Part shown: positions 28,109 through 37,522 of the stretch, piece after piece
Numbering within the stretch: the stretch's first letter is position 1
Layout of the letters: each line of letters begins with the position of its first letter
Origin: Bacteriovoracaceae bacterium
GTDB lineage: Bacteria > Bdellovibrionota > Bacteriovoracia > Bacteriovoracales > Bacteriovoracaceae
Reading direction: 5' to 3'
Assembly: GCA_028101965.1 (NCBI GenBank)
Contig: JAOHMI010000002.1
Coordinates: 13,438-77,437 of the forward strand
DNA length: 64,000 bases
Notes under the pieces: generated by a model
What the model was told of the DNA's origin: nothing
The model's database searches: none
The model's input: the letters and a program-made list of their open reading frames with translations, nothing else
Program-made: the position numbers and the translations under genes

Positions 28109-29518
28109 TTAAAAATTAATTGAAGATTTAAATTTTAAATTACCTTTATCATAAGATTGTTTAAGCCCTTTTCTTAAGACCCAGAATAAATCTGATGTTT
28201 GAGAAAAGGGCTTCTTCATAAAGTTACCTAAGTCTCTTTTTAGCAAGCGAAATAAAACAATCCATTTGGGAAGATTTAACTCTATTACTAAATCTACAGG
28301 GGGAAGTAGATTTTTAATTAAATTGTAATTTCCTTCAATAATCCAGGATTGACTTTTTAGCTGTTTATTTAAAGATACCTTAAAGTTATCTTTCTCACTT
28401 TTCCCTTTTTGATTTTCTTCCCAGCGTAAATTATCAGTTTCTATATGGTGAAAACCTAAGTCTTGGAAAAGTTTTTTTGCAAGAGTGGATTTACCCGATC
28501 CTGGGTTTCCGAGAATTAATATTTTCTTATAATCCTTACTATGAATTGTATTTATTAGGTCATTATATTCTTGATTGGCCATTGATTTTTCATGCATAAG
28601 TGAAGCCAAACCAGAACGCACTCGCTGCATAAAATGCTCAAATCTTTTGGATCGAGATTCTAACCAGGATAATATTTTTTTGACTAAGGAGCTTCGTCTT
28701 AGAAAAAAAAGTAAAGTTAAGATGGCCATAGGGCGAAGGCATCGGATCATGACTTCATCCATACTTAACCCTTGAAAAGTGAGTAAAAGAACAAAGAAAA
28801 CCATTGTTAAGATAAAGAATGGGTTTAACAATTCTTTTACATAGGATTGAAAATGATTTGTGCATTTTTTATCTTTTAAGGGAAGATGTTTTCCTAATTT
28901 TTTAATTTTGGCATCGAGCTGACCCCACTTTTCTTCTGCCCACTTTTGAGTCGTGAAAAGAAGAATTATTCCAGTTATACATTTAAAAAAATAGACAGTA
29001 AGAATGAAAAAAATGATAAATTTTGGATCGATTCCAAATTTATTTATTTTTGTTTGGGCATAGTCTAATGCTGGAATGAAGTCTATGCCAAAAATTATTA
29101 AATAACTAAGAATTGGCTGAAAAAAAGCCCATAAAGACAATAATACCAGACCAATCCCATGACCTAATTTATTTCGACCAAAAATTATCACTCCTATTGT
29201 AAAAAGAAGACCCTGCATGAACAAGCTGATCATTGGCCCGAGTCGTTTTCCACCTGGGCTGAGGGTTTTAAAGAAAGCAACTAAAGCTGAGACTTCTAAG
29301 CAAGCTTTTGTTGCTTCGATGCGGGTCTCTTCTGCATATGATAATCTACTTAAGTAAATAGCTTGATTAAGTGAAAGCATATGCCCTGTAAATGGAAATT
29401 TTAAACTGTGAAGAAGGCTGCCTAAGACAATTTCAATAAGGGATAAATGGACTGCACTGTTTAAGCGTAAGTCAACATTCGTATTAGTTAAATTGTTTAA
29501 AGATAAATTATTTTCCAT
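28109..29518 (-). CDS. Fusion of a polytopic membrane domain to a C-terminal adenylate-kinase-like P-loop domain
   Basis: About 300 N-terminal residues are hydrophobic. The C-terminal KKILILGNPGSGKSTLAKKL...IIEGNY resembles small NMP-kinase / topology-modulation-like proteins. Confidence 0.6.
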   Translation of the reverse strand: MENNLSLNNLTNTNVDLRLNSAVHLSLIEIVLGSLLHSLKFPFTGHMLSLNQAIYLSRLSYAEETRIEATKACLEVSALVAFFKTLSPGGKRLGPMISLFMQGLLFTIGVIIFGRNKLGHGIGLVLLSLWAFFQPILSYLIIFGIDFIPALDYAQTKINKFGIDPKFIIFFILTVYFFKCITGIILLFTTQKWAEEKWGQLDAKIKKLGKHLPLKDKKCTNHFQSYVKELLNPFFILTMVFFVLLLTFQGLSMDEVMIRCLRPMAILTLLFFLRRSSLVKKILSWLESRSKRFEHFMQRVRSGLASLMHEKSMANQEYNDLINTIHSKDYKKILILGNPGSGKSTLAKKLFQDLGFHHIETDNLRWEENQKGKSEKDNFKVSLNKQLKSQSWIIEGNYNLIKNLLPPVDLVIELNLPKWIVLFRLLKRDLGNFMKKPFSQTSDLFWVLRKGLKQSYDKGNLKFKSSINF

Positions 29519-29557
29519 TAAGCATAAACCTATGCTTGATTGAAAAAATGGTCAAGA

Positions 29558-29953
29558 TTAGGTATTAACTTTGTAGAAATAAACTTTATGGGAGGAAGCT
29601 TGGCGGTTTTCGCATTTACCACGACTTAAAGAGAATTTAACTGGTGATTCAAACTCAATTTGCATTTTGCATAAAGGTGAGTTGGGGAGTTTTTTTGAGC
29701 TGCGAACAAAAATATTCTCTTTTCCAGATAATTTAAAATAGGTCACTTCATTTCCGGTGCCTAAGCAGTTTGCCCCATTATTTCGTGTTTCAATAATAAA
29801 CTTGAGATAATCAGAGGTATTTTCTACCAAACGTAACTTGCAAATGCTAAACAGCTCAGTTTGAAAAACACCAGGGCTAGCTGATGATGATGTATTTCTG
29901 GCCATTAGAATAGCCGAATTTAAAACAAGTGACAGGATAATAACAAACTTCAT
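29558..29953 (-). CDS. Small secreted hypothetical protein
   Basis: Signal peptide MKFVIILSLVLNSAILMA. Four Cys residues. Confidence 0.4.
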   Translation of the reverse strand: MKFVIILSLVLNSAILMARNTSSSASPGVFQTELFSICKLRLVENTSDYLKFIIETRNNGANCLGTGNEVTYFKLSGKENIFVRSSKKLPNSPLCKMQIEFESPVKFSLSRGKCENRQASSHKVYFYKVNT

Positions 29954-30062
29954 TAATTCTCAATTTTTACTAAATAATGATTGGATTATTTAATTTGTAG
30001 CATAGGGAGAGGTTTTATCAATTATAAAGATGCGAAACTATAAATTGTTTATACTCACTAGT

Positions 30063-30410
30063 TTAGGCAAACCTTAATCCACAGTCAGGGCATTCAGAGA
30101 ATTGTGAAGGGTTAAAGTAAGTTGAACAAGCAGGGCACTGAGTGTTCTCTTGATTAGGGTCAAAAGTTGCATTTAAAGCATCAAAGTCGATACTCAGTCC
30201 ATCATAGTCTTTGGCATGATAGGATTTTAGAAATGGTATGGCCGTTTCAATTTCATTTTGGGGAAGTCTTAATTCAATGGTGACTCCGCAACCTGTTCGG
30301 CAAGTTTGCCCATCATGATTGAGAACTGGGCTCAAACCTTGTTCCTCAAGTTTCTTCTCAAGTGTTTTTGCTTCAGCATGGGGGAATACTCCAATGATGA
30401 CTGTTTCCAT
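30063..30410 (-). CDS. Small protein with a C-terminal zinc ribbon
   Basis: CPACSTYFNPSQFSECPDCGLRF (CxxC...CxxC). Confidence 0.45.
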   Translation of the reverse strand: METVIIGVFPHAEAKTLEKKLEEQGLSPVLNHDGQTCRTGCGVTIELRLPQNEIETAIPFLKSYHAKDYDGLSIDFDALNATFDPNQENTQCPACSTYFNPSQFSECPDCGLRFA

Positions 30411-30595
30411 GAATTGGTCCTTCTAAGTAGTTAATAACATTTAATATTTATTTTATCATTTTATAACAATATATACATAAAGCTAGCTTAGACAATGCGA
30501 TTACCAGGTAAAATTAATAGGGTGAAGATTATATTTTGGGAAAAATTGCAGGATTGTTTAATCTGTTAAGACTAAGAATTAATAAAGGAGATAGC

Positions 30596-30700
30596 ATGAA
30601 TCAATTCGGCCTTTTGCAGGATCTGGTAAGATTTATTTCAGCAATTTCTTTTATTTTGTTTCTCATGACTTTAAGTTTTATCCTTTATAGCATTATCTGA
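30596..30700 (+). CDS. Candidate 34-aa hydrophobic micro-protein
   Basis: AAGGAG lies 7 nt upstream of the ATG. It encodes MNQFGLLQDLVRFISAISFILFLMTLSFILYSII. It is too short for the ORF track and is supported only by the RBS and one TM-like segment. Confidence 0.25.
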   Translation: MNQFGLLQDLVRFISAISFILFLMTLSFILYSII

Positions 30701-30885
30701 AACCGCTGGTTTACTATTCCCATAATATTAGAGAGTGATTTTCCCATGCGCCAAATATAGTTGTCTTTATCTAAAAAATAAAATTTTGAATATCCTAGCA
30801 ACCACTTGAATTAATTTAAAATTATTAGAATTCTTTGATTGTGAGTAAACTTTAAAAGACTTGAGAGGTTTAACAGGAGGAAATT

Positions 30886-31611
30886 GTGAAAGGATATTTC
30901 AATCCGCTAATTTCGCCTATTTTTCAGATAATCTTAATCCTAAGTTTTGGAGCATCATGTACTCGCATGATTAAGGTAGAGAAAAAATCAAAGGGCAAAG
31001 ATCGTATTATAACTAATACGAATACTACAACCACAACACCAGCGAATACTTTTGAATTAGTTTTTGCTGATGAAACGGTTAATAGCGGCAATATCTCTTA
31101 TGATGCAAATTTAGAAATTTTATCCATTTACACGTTTGGTGGAGTTAACGCTGCCGGAGCATTCCAGGGTGGTGGAACAGGAAATAAACCCATTGCCGCT
31201 TTGGATGGCTTTCATAATATGCATCTTTCTGATTTCTCATTAGACTTTGATTATGACCAAGCACAGACGGCCCCTTTTGTTAATATACTAATTGATATTG
31301 ATAGTGATGGTACCGCAGATAATATTGTTGTACCGACTGATCCATCGGGAGGATCATTCTCATTTGATGGTTCTACTGATTCTTTTCGAGTTGTGTGTGT
31401 ACCAACTTGTGGAACCTATAACTCTTTCTCTTATGACTTAACAGATTATCCGGATGCAACCATTGTTAATAGCACTATTACTGATGGGGGAATGCCAGCA
31501 GGTGCTGCCGCAACTGCAATTAACGGAGTTATCTTTTTTGTTGGCTCAGGCAGTAATGAAACGAGTGCCGTTTCAGGTGAAATATTTAATATAGAAACAA
31601 GCTTAGATTAA
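30886..31611 (+). CDS. Cassette copy 1, gene A: lipoprotein with a DxDxDG calcium-loop-like motif
   Basis: GTG start 5 nt after AGGAGG. Lipobox SFGASC. IDIDSDGTADN loop. Paralogue of 34347..35078. Confidence 0.65.
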   Translation: MKGYFNPLISPIFQIILILSFGASCTRMIKVEKKSKGKDRIITNTNTTTTTPANTFELVFADETVNSGNISYDANLEILSIYTFGGVNAAGAFQGGGTGNKPIAALDGFHNMHLSDFSLDFDYDQAQTAPFVNILIDIDSDGTADNIVVPTDPSGGSFSFDGSTDSFRVVCVPTCGTYNSFSYDLTDYPDATIVNSTITDGGMPAGAAATAINGVIFFVGSGSNETSAVSGEIFNIETSLD

Positions 31612-31635
31612 AATAAAATATTGGAAGGAATTTTT

Positions 31636-33909
31636 ATGAATTTATTTAAATACTTCACTCTTTGTTCTGTACTTTTTTCTTGTTCAAACTTATTTGCAAT
31701 AAGAAGCTATCTTTATGAGGATGATTGGGAGCCAGGAGTTGGGGTTTTGAGTGCGAATGCACAGTTGCAGGACTTTAGCTACGCGGGTTTCAAGAATAGT
31801 AGTGTTGAAACTCCTAAGTGGCAGGACTTTAATTTGCCTTTGTATCGAGTGAATGATTTTGGTGCTGATCCTACAGGAGTAGAGTATTCGGACGCTGCGA
31901 TTCAACTTGCCATTGATTCAGCGACAGCTAATGGTGGTGGAATTATTCTCTTTGGGTATGGATCTTATACGGTTAGTGAGAGTTTTAATATTACTGGATC
32001 TAATATTTTTATTGTCGGCTCAAGACATATTAATTCAAGTGAAAATAGTCAAAATGTAACTAAAATTTGGACTGATTATTGGTATAAAGAAGATGGTATC
32101 CCTGAGAATTTATCTCAAACCTATGGGACATTTAGATTTATAGGAAATCAGGAGTTTTCAAATCGTAAAAATTTAGCTGAAAATATTAGTCCTCACGATA
32201 TGTTTATTAAATTGGAGAGTGTGGATGGATTTAATATAGGAGATGATATTGCTATCGAACGAAATGAATTTGAAACTTGGATTGATGACTATGAAATGAA
32301 TGAATATTGGAGTGATCTGATTGGTGAAACTAAAAAAATGGAAAGCAGAACCATCGTTAATATAGATGTTCCTGCTCGGAAACTTTATTTAAATGCACCT
32401 GTTAGACATTTTATTAAATCAGGAGAAGGTAGTGTTAGTCTCGAAAGTGGATATTCCGAAAATGTTGGAATGTATAATATAAAATTTAATAATGCTCTTC
32501 ATGATGAAAATTACGTTAAAAAGATTGGTGGCAATCGAATGTCTTTTATTTATGTGAGAGATGTTAAGAATGCAGTCTTTGCAAATATATTTTCTTACGA
32601 TGCTTATCTTAATGATACTACCCACCATTTAGCCGATAGCTTTTTTTGGGCAGATAATTTAAAGGATTCAACTTTAACCAAGATTCGTGTTCAGAAAACT
32701 CAGCGTCGTATTGGTGGTGGAGCTGGTTATGGGATTAACTTAGATGAAGCATCAAATGTACTGATTCATGATGCGGATGTAACTTGGATGAGGCACAACT
32801 ATACATTTAATTATAATTCATTGGCCAAGGAAGGAAATGTTATAACTAAAAGTGTAAGTCGAAAAGCAAAAGCTAATCACTGTATAAATGAAGATGAAAT
32901 TACTGGCTGTATACTGTGGCCGACAAATGGAATTGATATTAAGGGAAGGGCAACAGTTTCAACTCTTATGACGGAAGTTACGGTGGATGATCGAATCAAG
33001 GGAATCAATAGAAAATCAGATTCATCTAATTCAGGAGATGCCGGTTGGGGGAACGTGGTATGGAATATAAATGGAGATGGAAAGGTTATATTTAAAGATA
33101 ATCAAAAATCTCTTACGGGTTATGGTTTTGTATATAGCTATGTTATTGCCTGGGCTCCAGGAATCAAAGTTAAAGGGGATAATAAAATAAGAGACCTAAA
33201 GAAAAAAGCATCAACCGTAGAGCCTCAGAATTTATTCTGTGATCAGTTAAGTAAAAGAGGAGCTGGAAGCTCTTGTGATGATATTCAGGTTGAGACAACA
33301 ACTGGATTAAGCCAAAATCAGACAGAATGCCATGAGTTGTTACAAGAAATTAACTATATTGAACAGACGATAGAAGGTTTACAAACTACTTTTGATGATA
33401 TGTTAAATGAACCTGAATACGAGTATGGATCCCCTCATGGTTTTGAAAATGTTTTGAATGGATTAGTTAGTCAAATTTCTCAAAATCAAAGTCAACTTGC
33501 AATTCTTCAATCTCAATTTAATGGTTATAATGAAGTTGGTTGTGTTTCGATAATGGATACAGGTCTTGCTGTTCCGATTAATGACGGTGTTGAAGAAGTG
33601 GCCATATCGGATAGAGAAAAAGAAAGGCTGTCCAAAGAGAAGATTAAAAGAGACAAAGCTTCTCAAGCTGAACTTGAAAAGTCAGGGATAAAGAAAATGG
33701 TCATGCAGCTGGATATTGCTGGGGAGAAACATGAAGTCCAAGTCACATTAAGAGGCGAGAAATCTTCACGGGTGAAAAGCCAAGAAGAGTTATTAAAAGA
33801 TCCTAGTTATCAAAAAATGATATCGAGCCTAAATCAAAAAATTGAGACGATCATTCAAAAAGATATTGCTGATGAAAGTGATTCGATTGGAGAGTTATCG
33901 ACTAAATAG
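31636..33909 (+). CDS. Cassette copy 1, gene B: secreted protein with a pectate-lyase-superfamily/tailspike-type N-terminal motif (right-handed beta-helix inferred) and a C-terminal coiled coil
   Basis: ORF 31621..33909, with an ATG at 31636 after GGAAGGA. Signal peptide. VNDFGADPTGVEYSDAAIQLAIDSATANGGGIILFGYGSYTV is the pectate-lyase-superfamily N-terminal motif. The C-terminus is heptad-like and Q/E/L-rich. Confidence 0.7.
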   Translation: MNLFKYFTLCSVLFSCSNLFAIRSYLYEDDWEPGVGVLSANAQLQDFSYAGFKNSSVETPKWQDFNLPLYRVNDFGADPTGVEYSDAAIQLAIDSATANGGGIILFGYGSYTVSESFNITGSNIFIVGSRHINSSENSQNVTKIWTDYWYKEDGIPENLSQTYGTFRFIGNQEFSNRKNLAENISPHDMFIKLESVDGFNIGDDIAIERNEFETWIDDYEMNEYWSDLIGETKKMESRTIVNIDVPARKLYLNAPVRHFIKSGEGSVSLESGYSENVGMYNIKFNNALHDENYVKKIGGNRMSFIYVRDVKNAVFANIFSYDAYLNDTTHHLADSFFWADNLKDSTLTKIRVQKTQRRIGGGAGYGINLDEASNVLIHDADVTWMRHNYTFNYNSLAKEGNVITKSVSRKAKANHCINEDEITGCILWPTNGIDIKGRATVSTLMTEVTVDDRIKGINRKSDSSNSGDAGWGNVVWNINGDGKVIFKDNQKSLTGYGFVYSYVIAWAPGIKVKGDNKIRDLKKKASTVEPQNLFCDQLSKRGAGSSCDDIQVETTTGLSQNQTECHELLQEINYIEQTIEGLQTTFDDMLNEPEYEYGSPHGFENVLNGLVSQISQNQSQLAILQSQFNGYNEVGCVSIMDTGLAVPINDGVEEVAISDREKERLSKEKIKRDKASQAELEKSGIKKMVMQLDIAGEKHEVQVTLRGEKSSRVKSQEELLKDPSYQKMISSLNQKIETIIQKDIADESDSIGELSTK

Positions 33910-34346
33910 ATCTATCTGCTTAGTTATAAACAACTATAAGTATCGAAAATTATTATACTTTCTGTTCGTAATAGCAGAGTGATTATTTTTGTGAAGCAGG
34001 AAAAGCTGACTTACTTCATTACAGTTCAATCCTTATAAATTGGCTGACTATAGTTGTGGTATCTTCTTAGTTACTGAAATACTTAGTTTTCAAAAGTTGT
34101 AATTAATTGAATTTTGATCGATCAGAAATATAGTAAACCAGTTAGCAATAATTAAATAACAAAATTTATTAAACCTTTGAAATTTAATTCAATAATATGG
34201 TTTTTACCATTATTTATGGCAGTCATTTGCTTCCAATGATTTAGTTAACAAGCTAATTTTATGTATTTTTCCTTTTTTTTTATCGAATTCGTCCGAATAG
34301 ACCTGATAATTAGAGCATATAATATTTTTTTATTTGGAGGACGTTT

Positions 34347-35078
34347 GTGCAAAAAAAATATTGGAACCATTATTGGTTTTTGGTCTCTTTTATTATTTCT
34401 TTAAATTTAATTTCATGTGGGAAACTTAATATTAATACTGAGGAAGAAATGGTTAAGAGTAAAGATAGAAGTGATTCTCTCGCGCAAACAAACAATACAA
34501 ATAATACTGAAGTCGCTTTTGAATATTTATTTGATGATGAATCAGTGAATAACTCTAGCATTAGTTTTGACGATGCTAGCGGAGTCTTAAGCCTAACTTG
34601 TTCTGGAGGTGTAAACGCCTCTGGTGGTTTTCAGGGGGGCGGAACAGGAAACAAACCCATTGCTGCCTTAGATGGTTTTAATGGTGTTGATCTAGGAGAC
34701 TTTTCTATATCTTGGGACTACGACCAAGGTCAAGATATTCCCTGGATGAATATCCTTATTGATAATGATGATGACGGTATTGCGGACAACATTATTGTTC
34801 CACTTTCAGCATCAGGTGGTTCCTTTTCTTTTTCAGGGGCAAGTGACTCTTTTAAAGTGGTTTGTGTCCCAACGTGTGGAACTTGGAGTAGCAATCAGTA
34901 TGACATCGACGATTATCCCAATGCGACCATTGTCGATAGTACTATCTCTGACGGTGGAATGCCTGCAGGGTCATTATCTACGAGCATCAATGGGGTGCTC
35001 TTCTCAATGGGGGGAGGAAGTTCAGAGACATCAGTTCTTTCAGCAGAAATTTCAAATTTAGAATCAAATTTAGATTAA
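34347..35078 (+). CDS. Cassette copy 2, gene A: lipoprotein with a DxDxDG calcium-loop-like motif
   Basis: GTG start 6 nt after GGAGG. Lipobox NLISCG. IDNDDDGIADN loop. It shares GGTGNKPIAALDGF, DSF(R/K)VVCVPTCGT and DGGMPAG with copy 1. Confidence 0.65.
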   Translation: MQKKYWNHYWFLVSFIISLNLISCGKLNINTEEEMVKSKDRSDSLAQTNNTNNTEVAFEYLFDDESVNNSSISFDDASGVLSLTCSGGVNASGGFQGGGTGNKPIAALDGFNGVDLGDFSISWDYDQGQDIPWMNILIDNDDDGIADNIIVPLSASGGSFSFSGASDSFKVVCVPTCGTWSSNQYDIDDYPNATIVDSTISDGGMPAGSLSTSINGVLFSMGGGSSETSVLSAEISNLESNLD

Positions 35079-35109
35079 CCATTTTCTTTAATTAAAAGGG
35101 GAGAAAGCG

Positions 35110-37344
35110 ATGAACGTATTAAGATTTATAAATGTTATTTGTTTTTTGAGCATGGTAAATGCCTACTCATTAAGATCAGTTTTGTATCCAGTGGACTGGA
35201 CGCTCGGCTTTAACCAAAATGGAGCGAAACTTCAAGATTATAGTTTTGCTGGATACAAAAATAGTAATGAATCGCTTCCAAATTGGGATTCATTTGGTCT
35301 GGTCAAGTTCAAAGTAGACGATTATGGAGGAGATCCTAGTGGACAAAGTTTCTCTGATGATGCCATTCATGAAGCCATCGCTGATGCTATTGCAAATAAT
35401 GGCGGGATTATCATGTTTAGTCCTGGAACCTATAAAATCAAAGATCAGTTTCAAATTAATAATTCTAATATATTCATTGTTGGAACCAAATCCGTAAGTG
35501 CTCCGAGCGATACGGAGAACTTCACTAATATAATTACTGATTATATTGGCCTTCCTGGTAATAAGCCTGAAAACTTATCTGGCTCCTATGGAACTTTTGT
35601 TTTTAATGGAGGGGGCGGACTTTCAAATAGTAAAAATTTAGCACAAAATATGGAAATTGATGACACTGAAATAAAGTTAAACAGCATTGATGGTTTTAGT
35701 GTCGGAGATGATATTGTCATCATTCGCAATGTTTCTAGTCAATGGGTTAATGACTGGGGAATGGGTAGTTATTGGGGGGATATGATTGGTGAAAATAAGG
35801 TTATTGAAAAGAGACATATTGTAAGTATTAATACCCCTGGTAAAAAATTAGTTTTAAATGCACCAACTCGGCATTTCTTGAAAGCGAGTGAAGGGTCAGT
35901 CAAAAAAGCGACAGCATTAATCGAGAATGTAGGTGTTTATAATATTAGATTTAATAATGCTCTTGCGACCATTGGAACAGCTGAAGAATTAGGTGGGAAT
36001 CGAATGGCTTTTATAAAAATAGCCAATGCCAAAAATGCGATCATCAGTAATATCATAACTTTTGATCGAGCAGGAGATTCTACAAATCGGCATATGGCAG
36101 ATAGTGGAATAATGTTTAGTAACGTTAAAGATTCAACCATAAGTAACGCAAATATATTTTCCACTCAAAATAGATTAGAAAATGGGCATGGTTACGGATT
36201 GAACTTAATTGCGACTTCCCACGTTCTGATTCACGGATCTGATATTGGACATAACCGCCACAATTATGTTTTTAATGGAAACAACTTAGATAAGGAAGGA
36301 AATGCAGTAGTCTCAAGCAAATCGAAAGCTTCATATGCTAAAAATTGTTCAGGAGATAATGGTAACGGAATCTGTGTCACTATTAAAGCTGCCGGAATAG
36401 ACTGTCATGGTAGTGCCTCGGTAGGGATGCTTTTTACTGATGTAACAGTTGATGACAAAATTGAGTGCAAAAATAGAAAACATTACTCTTCAAATGCAGG
36501 TCAAACCGGAACAAATATCACTATGTGGAATGCAAGAGGAGACGGGAAAGTTCGATTTAAGGGAATGGAGTTTCATCAAGATGGTCATGGATTTGTTCGC
36601 GGTTATATGATAGGGACTGGACCAGGTTTTGGTATGAAAGGGGACAGCGATTGGCGAGAGCATAAAGGTGATGCTTCCTCTCTACAACCGCAAAACTTAT
36701 TTTGCGATCAACTTGCAAGAAGGCTTACAGGTGGGAGCTGTGATTTACAACTACCGGTCCTAACTGGCTATACACCAAATCAGGAAGCTTGTATTGATCT
36801 TTTAAATGAAATTGGTAGTTTAAATAACAGTATCGCTCAAGTGCAACAGACGATTTATGATATTTTAGATCAAGACCCTGATGGACCTATTTTTGGAGGA
36901 GGATCTGGGGGAATAGTAATTACTAACTTACAAAACCAAATTGATAACTATAGAGACCAAAGAGATGATTTGCAAAATCAATATGATACTTTTAATGGTG
37001 TAGGATGCGAGTATATCATGATCAACGGTTTAGTTGGTCCAGGAGGTCCAGGAGGACCGGTAGATGATAAAGTAAATAGAGATCATCTTGTTGATTTAAA
37101 ATCAATCTCTGATGGAAAAGAGAGAATCATCATGGGCAGCCAGATGAAGGTGACTGAAGCAGAAAAAGCAAAACTTTCCTATTTCAACGACATGAAAGTT
37201 GAGGTAGATGGAACAATTGAGAGCATTGAAGTTTTAATTGAAAGTAAAGATCTAAAAACTGGAAAGTTTCTTGATTTAAGTCGTAATAAAAGCTTATCCA
37301 CGGACCCATCTGTTCAGAACTTAATTAAAGAGGCACTCAAATAA
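35110..37344 (+). CDS. Cassette copy 2, gene B: secreted protein with a pectate-lyase-superfamily/tailspike-type N-terminal motif (right-handed beta-helix inferred) and a C-terminal coiled coil
   Basis: GGGGAG RBS. Signal peptide. VDDYGGDPSGQSFSDDAIHEAIADAIANNGGIIMFSPGTYKI. It shares GGNRM.FI, HNY.FN and QPQNLFCDQL..R..GGSCD with copy 1. Confidence 0.7.
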   Translation: MNVLRFINVICFLSMVNAYSLRSVLYPVDWTLGFNQNGAKLQDYSFAGYKNSNESLPNWDSFGLVKFKVDDYGGDPSGQSFSDDAIHEAIADAIANNGGIIMFSPGTYKIKDQFQINNSNIFIVGTKSVSAPSDTENFTNIITDYIGLPGNKPENLSGSYGTFVFNGGGGLSNSKNLAQNMEIDDTEIKLNSIDGFSVGDDIVIIRNVSSQWVNDWGMGSYWGDMIGENKVIEKRHIVSINTPGKKLVLNAPTRHFLKASEGSVKKATALIENVGVYNIRFNNALATIGTAEELGGNRMAFIKIANAKNAIISNIITFDRAGDSTNRHMADSGIMFSNVKDSTISNANIFSTQNRLENGHGYGLNLIATSHVLIHGSDIGHNRHNYVFNGNNLDKEGNAVVSSKSKASYAKNCSGDNGNGICVTIKAAGIDCHGSASVGMLFTDVTVDDKIECKNRKHYSSNAGQTGTNITMWNARGDGKVRFKGMEFHQDGHGFVRGYMIGTGPGFGMKGDSDWREHKGDASSLQPQNLFCDQLARRLTGGSCDLQLPVLTGYTPNQEACIDLLNEIGSLNNSIAQVQQTIYDILDQDPDGPIFGGGSGGIVITNLQNQIDNYRDQRDDLQNQYDTFNGVGCEYIMINGLVGPGGPGGPVDDKVNRDHLVDLKSISDGKERIIMGSQMKVTEAEKAKLSYFNDMKVEVDGTIESIEVLIESKDLKTGKFLDLSRNKSLSTDPSVQNLIKEALK

Positions 37345-37356
37345 ACTGACCTAAAG

Positions 37357-37401
37357 CTTTGCTCAAGTGAACCAAGTTTTGTCCACTTGAGCAAAGTTTT
37401 T
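37357..37401 (+). terminator. Strong rho-independent terminator
   Basis: Perfect 13-bp stem CTTTGCTCAAGTG...CACTTGAGCAAAG followed by TTTTTGG, 13 nt after the stop at 37344. Confidence 0.85.
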
Positions 37402-37439
37402 GGGTCGTACTATTTATCGACGAAATTATAAGAAGAGAA

Positions 37440-37466
37440 TTACTAACTGCCCTACGAGTATGGTGG
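37440..37466. repeat. IS terminal inverted repeat (left)
   Basis: TTACTAACTGCCCTACGAGTATGGTGG. Confidence 0.75.
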
Positions 37467-37522
37467 TAAATAAAAAGTACAATCCGATTAATTGTGATCA
37501 TTTTTTTCATCAAGTTAATTTT

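Larger units (their letters stand above)
30886..33909 (+). repeat. Two-gene cassette, copy 1 of a diverged tandem duplication
   Basis: Same gene order, sizes and conserved protein blocks as 34347..37344. Confidence 0.85.
34347..37344 (+). repeat. Two-gene cassette, copy 2 of a diverged tandem duplication
   Basis: See copy 1. Confidence 0.85.

Noticed and set aside
29523-29540. Hairpin AAGCATA-AACC-TATGCTT between two minus-strand genes
   Set aside because: It is short, has no U-tract on the minus strand, and lies in the RBS region of the downstream gene. It is not called as a terminator.
34759-35061. 100-aa alternate-frame ORF within cassette gene A2
   Set aside because: It lies inside a frame that is conserved with its paralogue A1. 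The alternate frame has no counterpart in copy 1.
30886-37344. The possibility that the duplicated cassettes are an assembly artefact, a very recent duplication or a prophage remnant (tailspike-like proteins)
   Set aside because: The copies are strongly diverged at both the nucleotide and protein level. This rules out a collapsed or expanded repeat or a recent duplication. No capsid, terminase, portal, integrase or tail genes are nearby. Both B proteins also have Sec signal peptides, unlike virion tailspikes.
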